Positions 12,701 through 24,040 of a stretch of DNA of 64,000 nt are shown here, piece by piece. The notes beneath the pieces are model-generated. The model was not told the DNA's origin and did not search any database. It saw nothing but the letters and a program-made list of their open reading frames with translations. The stretch comes from Selaginella moellendorffii (lineage: Eukaryota; Plantae; Lycopodiophyta). A program made the translations under genes and the position numbers. The stretch is taken from positions 5,473,876 to 5,537,875 of the forward strand of contig NW_003314262.1 of assembly GCF_000143415.4 (NCBI RefSeq), read 5' to 3'. Each line of letters starts with the position of its first letter. Within the stretch, counting starts at the first letter, position 1.

Positions 12701-13908
12701 TCACATGCTGACAGATGGATAGCTGGTATGGTTGATGAGTTTAGATCCTTGCTGGCAACACAGACGTTTGTTCTTGTGCCTCAACCCAAGCATCAAAAGG
12801 TGATTCCGGTCCGCTGGGTTTATAAATTAAAATATAACGCTGATGGATCCATCTCTCGTTTTAAAGCACGTTTAGTAACTCAAGGCTTTCATCAAACACA
12901 TGGTGTTGATTATTTTGAGATCTTCTCTCCAGTTGAGAATTGTCATTGCACTGGCTTGTGCATGGAACTTAGAACTTCATGCAATGGATGTGAAAATGCA
13001 TTTCTCCATGGGAAACTAGAGGAAGAGATTTATGTTGAGCAACCGCCGGGTTTTGAGGAGAATGGGCCTGAGGACCTTGTATGTTTCCTTAGTAAAGCTA
13101 TGTATGGACTGAAACAATCACCAAGAACCTGGTACAACACACTCCATGAGTTTTTTACCTCACTAGACTTTGTAAGATCAACAGCAGACTGGAACGTATA
13201 TGTTAACAGAGGCTAATAATCTGCTTGCTATTGTAGCAGTATATGTTGATGACCTGGTGCTAGCTGCGCACTCATCTCTTCTTAAGGCTTTAAAAGGTAA
13301 GCAGGCCAGATATAGTGAGCCAGTATATTCAAGATCCTGGTTTAAGGCACTGGTATGCAGCTCTTCGTATAGTGAAATACTTGGTAGATACAACAGAGCT
13401 GGGAATTAAATATTCTGGCCATGAAAAGAAACTTGTTGGTTTAGTCGGCTACACAGATGCTGATTATATTGGGGATATTGAATGATCGTAGATCAACAGG
13501 CTGGTGTTTTAGGATTGCCAGGGGAGTAGTAACATGGAGCAGCAAGAAACAAAAAATGGTAGCTCAATCTACTTGTGAAGCAGAATATATGGCCTTGGCA
13601 TCCGCTACAAAAGAAGCTCTTTGGCTTAGGAAACTCTTGTTTGATATTGGAACTACACAACCTGAAGCTACAGTAATATTTTGTGATAATAGTTCTGCAA
13701 TTCATGTGGCTCATAATCCAGTAGGTTGCAGATCAAACCTGTTCATATTTGCAGTGACAACATGATTGCTGATATGTTCACAAAACCTTTGGAGAAGTGA
13801 AACTTTGTGAGGTTACATGGGATGCTTGGTATGGTGCAGGACGAAGCAAAATAATATAAAAAAATAAAGAAAAGAAAAGAAAAGGTGTGACGTCTCGGCT
13901 GAGAGGAG

Positions 13909-14068
13909 TGTTGGAATTTGAAAAGAAGTGATAACAGCCAAGACTCTACGTGACTTACGGTTACACACAGCGGAATGGTGGTGCGCATCTGATCCATGAT
14001 TGCTTCTGGTTAGCGGAGGAAACTGTATCTTTTTCTACACTTCAATATAAGTTCTCCAGGTTCTTCTA
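13909..14068 (+). repeat. 3' LTR (TG...TA)
   Basis: Preceded by the PPT and followed by the TSD. Lacks a 22-bp segment present in the 5' LTR. Confidence 0.93.
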
Positions 14069-14073
14069 GTCGC

Positions 14074-14760
14074 GCCGCCCTGTGACGTGCTCCCCTGCCC
14101 GGCAATGGCTTTGTCCTCCTCCTCCGTGCATGGAGGAGGACATGGAGGAGTGGCTTCCTCCTCCATGCAAGGACGCCTTCTAGGCCTGCGCTCAGGGGAC
14201 CTGCGCGAGCTATAGGCATCCATCCTGCTGCTATAAGGCTCCTTGCTGCTACCTGGCCCTGCCGCTACGCCTGTGCTTGGGATTCCTGCTGCTACGGCTC
14301 TCTGGAAGCTGAGTAGTCTTTCCTGAGCAGCTCCATAAACTAGGTGTTGCCAGACAGGAAAACTTTGGTCGAGGAGAAACCCTTCACGTCTAAACCAGTG
14401 GCTGCTTCTGCAAACAGCATAGCCGACGCTACACACTCAGCATCATCCTGCTCGCCATGCACCTTGAGCCATTCGGGAATACCTGTGAGGAAACTAATAA
14501 TCAGGAAGTAGAAACTAAACACTTTTAAAATTACATGCTTTCCTTGGGTTGGCAAGGCTGCCTTGTGTTGCCCAAACAGTGTAATTACCCTCCAGCCCGG
14601 CACCTTGTCGTAGTTGTAGTGTGCAAACAAGACACCGAGGCGGAGACGGTTTTCCACCCAAGCGCCCAGCTCAGTTCCTCGAAGACGAGCATCGTTGAAC
14701 ACCTGGTATCTGCGCAGCCCTGTCGCAGAAGAAGAGATCGCTCTGAATGGGGTTGAAGAA
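14074..14760 (-). pseudogene. Rearranged, copia-disrupted paralog of the 15315-16500 gene
   Basis: YQVFNDARLRGTELGAWVE and IPEWLKVHGEQDDAECVASAMLFAEAATGLDVKG are nearly identical to the neighbour gene, with the same intron. It has an in-frame stop, and the reading continues left of the element at ~9510-9596. Confidence 0.85.
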
Positions 14761-15314
14761 CAAGGCAAGGCGGAGGTCAGATCGTCTGAGCACAAGATGC
14801 TACCAGCGTCACTACGTTTTGCGGCGCAAAGGTCGATTCAAGGAGCATGAGCTCATCGAATTTACTACGCATATTCTCCCTCCAGAGAGAAGCGACGATA
14901 TTTTCGGTTTGATTTTCTTTTTTTTCTTATTCGACTGGTGCAGGTAATGGAAAACATCGAGAGATGGATCAAAGAGTTCCCATGCGTAGCACGCTGAGCA
15001 GATTGATTCCTTTCGTCGGCAGCTTTTGCCTCTCATCCGAGCTTTTCATGAATACAATGAGTTAGAGATTCGTCATGTGATAAACATCGCACAGGTCTGC
15101 AAGAAAAAGCTCTTTTTTTTTCGCTATTAACAACCGAGAGGTGCAACGCGGTAGTCCTTACAGTCTGCTTTGTTTTTTGTTTTGGCATTTGTAAGTGGAC
15201 ACGAATTTTTCAAGCGTTGACGAGCTAAAAGATCAAAAGGATTGCAGAAGAGTCTTTTTCTTTAGACAAACCTTTATTCAACTTTATTGTCGATATTGCA
15301 AGTGCAGCTAAAAT

Positions 15315-16500
15315 TTATTTGCGGCGCTCCAGAAAACTTCTAACGGCAGCTTTCCACGCAGGCACTGTAGATGGCACTCCAATCCCCCTTAGACACGCCC
15401 AGCCTTCCCCCTGATACGAGTAGTTTCGCCTCAATTCGTTGAAGCATTCTTCCTCGGCTTGAGAGCAGCTCTGGCTCGTTACGTGCCACACCCGGAATGG
15501 AACGTCATGAGGCCTGTCCACTGCCAAGCGCTGCACAAAAAGCTCCTGCAAACCAGCGTAGTCTTTCCTGAGCAGCTCCACAAACTTGGTGTTGCCAGAC
15601 ACGAAAACTTTGTTCAAGGAGCAGCCCTTCACGTCTAAACCAGTGGCTGCTTCTGCAAACAGCATAGCCGACGCTACACACTCAGCATCATCCTGCTCGC
15701 CATGGACCTTGAGCCATTCAGGAATAATCTGCAAGTAAAAGAATAATCAGCCGGTACAAACCTTCCGAGTAAACACTTGTAAACATCACCTTCTTTCCTC
15801 GGGTTGGCAACGCTGCCTTGTGTCGCCCAAACAATGTGATCACCCTCCAGCCCGGTAAGTTGTCGTAATTGTGGTGTACGAACAAAACACCCAGGCCGAG
15901 ACGCTTTTCCACCCATGCGCCCAGCTCAGTTCCTCGGAGACGGGCGTCGTTGAACACCTGGTAGGCAGCCTTGTCACAGTAGAAGAGGTCACTCTTCATT
16001 CCATCCTCGTCTAGAAGAGTGTCCTGCTCACGAGCTGGAAAGAAGCCATATTTCTTGGCTTCCACCTCATTGAGTCCGATCGCCGGGTGGATCTTGCCTG
16101 GAATGGGGGCCCAGCCGGCAATGGCTTCGTCCTCCACCTCCTCTGTGCATGGACGAGTGGCTTTCTCCTCCATGCAAGGACGCTTGCTGCCGCTAGGGGA
16201 GCGTGACCTCTTGCTCCGGCTAGAGGCATCCATCCTGCTGCTAGGCTCCCTGCGATCCATTCCATCGTTGTCCCTGCTGCTAGGCTCCTTGGTCCTGGGC
16301 CTGGGATCCATTCCATCGTCACTCCTGCTGTTAGTCCTGCGCCTGGGACTGCTGCTATGCCTGTCGTCGTCCCTACGGCGCCTGCGGCTGGCCCTCCTGC
16401 GTGTGCTAGGATGGTCTGACTGCGAATAAGAGTGCTTGCCTGAGCGCCAGTCGTCAAAGTCCGGATCGACCCTGCTGCTGCGACGCAAACCATGCCCCAT
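15315..16500 (-). CDS. Uncharacterised protein with Arg/Ser-rich N-terminus (exons 16500-15790, 15728-15315)
   Basis: Two long ORFs join in frame through a 61-nt GT-AG intron (PTRGKK|IIPEWL). The adjacent paralog conserves the C-terminal domain. Confidence 0.7.
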
Positions 16501-16719
16501 TCCCTCCGAGATTAGGCCTAGGGTATTTCAAGTCCCACTAAATCCCCTTTTCCTCAAGCGACAGAGTACCGATTTGTATGCAACAGAGTACCGATTTGAC
16601 TCACGTAAGCTTTGGAACTTCCCGAAGATGTTGGCAAAATGCGGCGCTGCTGAAGGCAACCTTTGTAGCTAAACTTGTCTATGATGCGAAGGTGACTTGT
16701 CCTGTTGCATTAATTGCAG

Positions 16720-18690
16720 GTGCCGAAGCTTCAGCAAGCAGTTGTTGTCCCCTGCTCTGATAACACTGGATAAGTGCCGGCCCCGTATTTCATTCTTGGA
16801 CTGGAACCCAGTCACTCTCACAGAAAGTTAAAAGCCAGAGGAGGTTCTGTATTAGAAAGTTTTACTAACTTATCATGTTTTTGCTTTTTTTTTTCTTGTA
16901 GGCTGCGGAGATATATCCGGCGACTGTGTATGGTCGCAAGTGTGAACGCGCCTCGAAACCTTTTGAGCAACCAGTAATTCGCATGTCTGTTGGTTGAAGT
17001 CGGGCTGGTAAATTCTAACTCTGCTCTTTCTTTCTCTGTCATTAACATTCTGTACTACCTCCTGGTCATAGATCTCTATTTCGGCGACTTCCCAAGCCTG
17101 CCTGTTATTTCGGATCTGTCTGACGACGGTAGCGACATATTTAGTATAGATGATGGACTTCTTAAAACAGCTGACAGTATGGACGCTGGCTGTATCCATG
17201 CAAAAGACAGAGAAGCTGCCCGTTCGGAGATTGCTGTGTGTGTGAGGGTTGCAGAGGTACATATCTGATTTTTTTATTTCTTTTGCGCTTAGTCGTTGTT
17301 TACGCAGGTGGCGCAAAAGACCAAACTCTCTGTTGGGGTTTTACTGTTAATGCGCGCGACAATATAGGTACTAAAATATTCCTCCCTTTGGGAAGGCTTC
17401 TAACGACTCTAACAATTGTTGTGCAGCTAATGCTTCTCTTTACTCTCGAATGCTAACGATCATTCTCATAGCCTGTATATCAGAAAGCAGAACATCGGCA
17501 TTGCGGATTACGTCCTGGTACAGTGAGTGATATAGCTTTTCTGCTTTTAACAGAATTTCTCCAGGTTTTTGTGGGGGCATGTGTCTCGACACGTAATCCA
17601 GTTATGCATATTGGAGATCGTGTCAAATTATGCATGACCTGGCACACAAGATGTTTACTCTCGTCTTTCTATCATCTGGGAGTATTTTTCCTTTGCAGTG
17701 AGCTTAAGCGGCTGGCAGCATACACTGTCGAACGTTTCCATTTGTCACCTTGCTGGAGGCTTTTCTGTCATCGACACACCTTCAGGTAACTCCATTCCGT
17801 ACTTGATCTAGTTTTTTCTTTTTTCTTTTCATCGTAGCTTAAAATGTTTTATGTAGATATTCTTTAGTTTGCGATCGATTTATTTGTTCCAGGCAATGTA
17901 GCAATTTTTGAGGAAGCATCTTTCAACCGATGGTGGCTGCGACAAACATATGTTCCTCTCAAAGACAGTCCCTGCAGACATTGATATGCAAATACAGTTG
18001 GAGGACAAGGTACAGACTTGGGCTGTACAATTCTTGTAATATTTTCTCGTGTTTTTGTGTTTTTCAGGATTGAATCTGATTTATACGTTGTTTGATGAGT
18101 GAGTGGTGGACAAGAAAGCTGGAATATAGTGGAACCGAGAATGGAAGGGCTCGAGGATACTTTGGTCTCGACTGTTGCCGAGGCGAAACCTCACTCGAAC
18201 GTTTTATCAGGTATGTATGTTTTTTGTTTTCATGGACTTCTGGTTGAACTCACTTTTTTTCGCGACTTGGAAGATGCAAAATAAGTGCGGGCACTGTATT
18301 TCTTCCTTGGAGCCCAGGATCTTCACAAGAGTACCAGCTAAAAGGTTCAGTAGGAGAAAATTTTGCCAGCTGATTATGTTTTTGCTTATCTATCTTTTTC
18401 TTGTAGTGTAGTCATCGACAAATCCTAGTGTCGCAAGTGGAATACCTGGCTCAGTGGCCGTGAGCCTCACAACAGCAGCTGGTAAATTCTAAATATTCTT
18501 GTTCTTTTTTGTGTTTCAACTTGGCAATACAGGTAAAACCTTACTCCGGATGTGCTGTATTGTGCAATGGGACCTTAACGGCAACCTCAACTATCAGAAG
18601 GCCGGAAAGACTGGATCAAAGGCAACACTATCTCACGCATATTTTGCTCTCCTAGGCAAGACAAATCTGTTATCAGACTTCTAAAAAGTT
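16720..18690 (+). pseudogene. Degenerate multi-exon gene-like sequence of unknown family
   Basis: Alternating exon-like blocks and T-rich short GT-AG introns. I could not assemble a continuous ORF. Confidence 0.35.
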
Positions 18691-19966
18691 TCCCTGCTGT
18701 CAATCAAGCCAGCACAATCAAGCCAGCCCTTGTGTGATGGCCCTACATAAAAGAATGTTTAGAGGACAATGCTGCATAGAAGAATGTTTAGGAAGACAGT
18801 GCTGTTATAGATGAACAAGAAGTGAAACAACAAGAATACACTTCTGGTCTCCATGTCCAAGTAAAAACTCCCTACTAGGGATGGCCGGGGGCAAACGTAC
18901 TACCACGGCTATATCCACGATCCGTCTGGTCGACCACGATCTCTCGATCGAACAAAGCACACCCGTCCATCTCGCTGATAGCTGTCTGAGCCTCTCGCCG
19001 ATCTCGATAGATAATGTATCCGAAGCCGAGCGTGGTGTGGGCATTCGAAGATCAGGATCTGGAAAACAAAAGAATAAATAGATTCAAAGTAAGAAAACAC
19101 GGCAGCGCGCGCCCTGATGGCAAAGAAAAGAGTTTCGAGCTCATACCTGCAGATCCAAGATGTGCCCAAATCGCTCGAATGCTTCTCGCACCTTGGGCTC
19201 AACCTCCTCCTTCGTCCTCAGCATTGGCAGTCCTCCAACAAAGATACAAGACATTGGTAGCCGTGGTAGCGAAGTCTCCTCAGCTCTAGAACCCCTGGAT
19301 TCCCAAGGCCAAGGCCATTCTGTTATACATCACAAAGCAAGACAAAATTTGAATTTGGAATATTCTCAATTTGTTCTAGGGCTTGAACGGAAATTTCTCG
19401 AATGGAGCTGCGCTGCTATAAGTCTTGACCGGGAATTTGGGTGTGCAAGGCGAACTGGAGGAAGAGCTCCCATGATCTTTGGTGACCGCCATGGGGAAGA
19501 AGCTCATTACCTTGCGAATCCGTCGTGACTTTTCTGAGGCTGTTTCGAAATTTTCGGCGAGGAAAGAGTTCCACACGAAGGGAAGAAAGAAATTTTATTG
19601 ATTTTCTTTATAGGCGAGCTGATTGTTCACACGAAAAATTCAAGAAGCTCTCTTACCTTCACGGCCGATCGAGCAACATAAATCTGGATACCGCGGAGCT
19701 TTCTTGGAGGGAAGCTCTTGGGCATACCATAATTCCATTGTCTAGTCAAATTTCTAACCACCTGGAAGAACACAGATCCTCCTTTGATGGCTAGCAATTG
19801 ATCCTTCGAAGGCTCTCGGCTATGGCCTCTTGGCCTTGGGCTCCTGTATTGTAAAAAGAAATAAGCGTTGTAAGTGAAAGGCAAGCGCTCCACGATCCGT
19901 TCAAGGCATACTGGAAAGCGCGCCCAATGCTCGCTAACAATGTAGGTCGCCAGTAGCCTAGTATGG

Positions 19967-22560
19967 ATGCGTCGTCTGCTTTGGCGGTGGAGGAGGACGA
20001 CGCCGATTCTGATCCAGCCGCGGCAATGCGGCCTGCGATGCTCTTGCTCTTCTGCCGCTGCCGAGCACGAGCACAGGGAGGATACGGATGAATCGGAGAT
20101 TGACAAGGTATGCTCCATTCTCTTCCGTTGCGGTGGTTTATTCCCGGAATGGCGATTAGAGCTCAAGTTCCTTAATCTCGACTTGCGGCCTCAGCTCGTG
20201 GCGTCGGTTCTCCAGCGATCGACCGATGTGGAAATATTGTCTTGCTTCTTCCAGTGGGCAGGCACAGCGGCAAGAGAAATTCCAGCACGAGCCCGGCGTC
20301 TAAGGTCTTGGCTCTGGATCGAGATGGTGGGCAGCTGCTGAACTGGCTGCTAGTGCTCCTCAAGTGCCGGAACACTGGCTCCAGCCTTGTCGATTCTTTG
20401 CTTCGTTCCTACATGGGGGCTGGAAACGCAGGGCGGGCTGTGGAGGCTTTCACGAGGCTGGCCAGAGTTTTCAAGCCCAACGTCACGCTTTGCAACTCTT
20501 TCCTTGGATTGCTGCTCGAGGCCGACGAGTATGAGCTCGCAAGCCAAGTTCTACACTTCATGACGCTCCACGGCTGCTACCCAGAAGATGGCACCTTCCG
20601 GCCCCTCATGGCTGCTGCAGCTCCCACCAAGGCCTTTGAGCTCTTCCAGAGCGCTATAGAGATTGGGAGAGTTCCTTCCTTTGGCCTCAATCGCCCGCTG
20701 CTCGAGTTCGTGTGTCGGGCTGCCACCGCCGACGAGCGCATATCATCACCGGCGGTAGCTTCTGCTCGGACCTGGTGACTTGCAACTCCATCCTCGGTCC
20801 CTTTCGCGTGGCCGGCAAATGCGATGAGGCTTACGAGTTCTTCCAGACCGCGAGAGCCAACAGATGCAATCCCGACGACATCAGCTACCGGATTCTCGTG
20901 CTGGCTCATTGTTGAGAGGGACGCATGGAGCGAGCTCTGGAGCTCTTCAAGGCGATGCAGAGCATCGCAACTCTGGATGTCAAGACGTGGTGGACTCGCT
21001 AAGGCCGGTCTCGTGGACGACGCGGCGGAGCTCGTCCATGGCATGATGGACAAGGGCCCTTACCCCGACACTGTGACGTGCAACACGGCCTGTTCAACGT
21101 GATCAAGGTGGAGCACGCCATGAAGCTCTACGAGAAGATGAGCCGGAGCTTCTTCAAGGCTGACGCTTTCACGTAGAACGTTCTTCTCCACGGGCTTTGC
21201 AAGGCCGGCAGGATCCAAGAGGCTTGCCAGAAGCTCTCGGTGGCACTGCGAGACCGAGAAGCCCCTGTGCGGCACGAGCTTCTCATAGGTGGCCTGTGCA
21301 AGGCTGGAAAGTACGACCACGCTATGGCCGTGTTTCGAGAGATGAAAGTGCCCAGCTCCATGTCCTACAACATTGTCATCGCTGCTCCAAGCAGCGATGA
21401 CAAAACGAAGGAGCAATGGAGCTGTTTCGAGAGATGAAAGCCAAGGGCCGCGTCCCGAACATCTTCACTTTCAACACCGTGATCCAGTCCCTGTCTAAAG
21501 CTGGGATGTTCAAGGAAGCTCTGGACCTTGTCGACGAGATGGTGTGTCTCCAAACGAGCTAACTTTCGGGCTTATCGTGGACGGTTTGTGCAAAGCCAAG
21601 CGGACTGTCGACGCCGAGAACGTGCTCGCGGTCATGGACAAGGTCGGGTGTGTCCCGGACGTTGTGCTGCACTGATAAGCGGCCACTTGAAGGAGGGGAT
21701 GCATCGAGGCTGTTCGAGAAGATGATGAGCGGAAGCCAAACTTGAAAACTTTCAACATCATGATCCACGGCTTGTGCAAGGAAACAAAGTTGGTGAGGCG
21801 GACGCGGTGGTGAGGCGTATCGAGGACGAATGTGGCGTTGCTCCGGACGAGTTCACTTTCAACACGATCATCGATGGCCCGGTCCGGGGAGGGCCGGCCG
21901 ATACAATCGAGTATCCGGCGGGTGGCGCACCGAGCGGGGACAGCAAGAGACCCTTGTCCCTGTCGGTGGTGAGTGGTCTGCAAAGCTGGAGAGGTGGTAG
22001 CCAAGCTCGGAAGGTTGGAAGCGAGCAAGCAGCTCTTCCAAGAGACGAGCCGGCATGGTTGCCACCCCGACGCGGTCACCTTTACGATCCTCATCTCCGA
22101 AGCAACAGTGGTCACACGAAGCTCTCGGCCTCGTCAAGCAGATGATCGAAAGCAAGGGGTCGACGCTGCCTTTCAACATGGTCCTCAATGCCTTGGCCAA
22201 GTCTGGAGACATGGAAGCCGCGGGAGATGTTTATCGGAGCATGAAGGTGGAAGGGATTGAATGCGGGTGACTTACAACACGCTGCTCGACGGCTACTTGG
22301 GCGAGCACGATCGGCCGACGGCTATCGAGTTTTCGGTGAGCTCCTCCACAGCGGGTGCTCCAGACACTCTCGTTCAACGCGCTGCTGGGATGCTTGTGCT
22401 GCGACGGGCGATCGGAGGAGGGGGTGGCAAAGTTTTAGGGGGAGATGCGAGAGAGGCGCGAGTGCTGGCCCGACGCTGTGACTTACGCTCTTCTCGTCCG
22501 CCACTGCTGCAAGCAAGGGGAGATCGAGCAAGCGTGTCGAATCGTGTCCATCGCGGCTTG
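19967..22560 (+). pseudogene. P-class PPR pseudogene
   Basis: PPR helices in shifting frames (PNVTLCNSFLGLL, PDTVTCNT, LIGGLCKAGKYDHAMAVFREM, PDEFTFNTII, PDAVTFTILI) with numerous frameshifts and stops. Confidence 0.9.
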
Positions 22561-22571
22561 TTCCCAGTGCT

Positions 22572-22682
22572 GCCATCGCCAGCATGCTTGCGATCCAAAC
22601 TGGTAGCGGTGATGGTCCCCGCCATCGCCAGCATGCATGAGAGCTCGATCCAAACTGGTAGCGGTGATGGTCCCCGCCATCG
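22572..22682. repeat. Short tandem repeat (~49-55 bp unit, just over 2 copies)
   Basis: gccatcgccagcatgc...cgatccaaactggtagcggtgatggtcccc repeated at 22572 and 22621, partial at 22676. Confidence 0.9.
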
Positions 22683-22689
22683 TCAGTGG

Positions 22690-24040
22690 CTGCAAAGCTT
22701 TCTCGTACGGGCGGATAGTTCCTTCAAAGTTTTCCGTTCGCTCTATATCTCCAGCCTTTCTCCTTCCCGACCAAGCTTCAGGCTCCAGGAGAGGTTGCCG
22801 GCCTTACACCTTTCGCTTCGAGTACGACAGGTTCCTCGAGTAACAGGGGCGGGTTCTTGAGAGCTGGCGTCAGTTTTGCTCGACCTTTGCAAGGCTTACG
22901 GCTTACAACTGCGTCAAGAGGTATGGAGGCTATGAGAAGGTTATCGTGCAGCGGAAGTGGGGGAAAGAAGCCGGACGTAAGTGCCTCCTTTCCTACTGCC
23001 GCTCCTGCGAACCTGTGCCACCTATACGAGAAACATCTGCTGGAATATGAGCGCCATCATGCAGAAGGCTTCGGGAAGCAGGCAACTAACAACGTCAGGA
23101 ATGGTGAAGTACTGGACGTGAAGATTCGGAGGAAGAGATCTCTGGTGAAGATGAAGTCAGTGTGTCGGTGGAGCCGCGAAACGAACTAAATCGGACGATG
23201 AAGCTCCATGCAGCAAAGGCTTGGGGACCAGTCCTGTGAGCAATGCCGCAGCGGAGCACATGAGCAGCTTATGATCACCTGTGACCGGGCGTGGCATATG
23301 TATTGCCTGTCCCCTCCTCTGTCGAAAATGCTCTCTGGGAGGTGGTACTGCCTCGACGTTTTCTCAAGGCAACTGGCACATGCTGGACTCTTTCCGACGT
23401 CTACAGGACCTATTGAAGTGCTATATGGAAGCGATCTCGATACGTCTCTGTGTATGGAAGTGAATTTCCCCGTCCGTCGGATGCAGTTCCAAAGTGGGCT
23501 AAGCAGGATATGCTCTTCTCCTCGTTTTGCTGGCATTACGAAGATCATTGCTTCTACTCTGTGAATTATCTTCACTGGTATGCTACTTGTTTCGTGTGCT
23601 TTCAATACTGATTTCTTTCCTGCAGATGCTGGTATAGTGTGCCTGGCAGTGCTTACGACGCATTTGAAGAGGTAGAATGTTTCTCTTTTAGCTGGCAGTG
23701 TAAAACTTCTTTCTTTCAGACAGGCTATGCGATCTACATTCCCAGATTTATTTCATGCACAGCCGGACTTGCCCTTTCAACTGGTTACGATGCTTAATCC
23801 AGCTGTGTTGCGGGCTAAAGGTGTGCCTGTCTGCACAACTTTGCAGGTAAGTTTGTGTTGGCAGTGCTTTATCTTTATATTCATGTTTGTTTTTAGGAGT
23901 CTGGAAACTTTGTGATCACATTTCCACGGTCTTATCACGGAGGATTTAACCACGGTGAGACTGTTATTGCTAGCAGTGAATGTGTAGGAACTAACTTTCC
24001 TGTTCATTACGGGATTCAATTGCGCAGAAGCTTTCACCGT
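22690..24040 (+). pseudogene. KDM5/JARID1 (JMJ17-like) histone demethylase pseudogene: ARID, PHD and JmjC fragments
   Basis: FSFPTKLQ, TFRFEYDRFLE, VKRYGGYEKV, LCHLYEKHLLEYE (ARID); CEQCRSG...WHMYCLSPPL...GRWYC (PHD); [23 protein letters not shown] at 23510-23578, FVITFPRSYHGGFNHG and FNCAEA (JmjC). Internal deletions and frameshifts; introns retained. Confidence 0.88.

Larger units (their letters stand above)
9597..14068 (+). mobile_element. Full-length decayed Ty1/copia LTR retrotransposon
   Basis: 5' LTR 9597-9779 and 3' LTR 13909-14068. TSD GTCGC at 9592-9596 and 14069-14073. tRNA-Met-type PBS tggtatcggagc at 9780. PPT gagaggag at 13901-13908. Domain order: gag (CYNCGGVGH), protease (WWLDSGATHHM), GAG-pre-integrase (WHQRLGH), integrase (PLELVHLDV, VDDYSR), RT (RFKARLV, YGLKQSPRTW, YVDD), RNase H (STCEAEY). 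Many frameshifts and stops. Confidence 0.97.

Noticed and set aside
16720-18690. Possible KDZ/CxC-type transposase
   Set aside because: Only vague Cys/His resemblance; no catalytic motif could be assembled.
18700-18805. Short local duplications (atcaagccagc x2; aagaatgtttag x2)
   Set aside because: Ordinary slippage-type micro-duplications.
22572-22682. CRISPR-like repeat
   Set aside because: Only two full units, no unique spacers, eukaryotic context; a simple tandem duplication.
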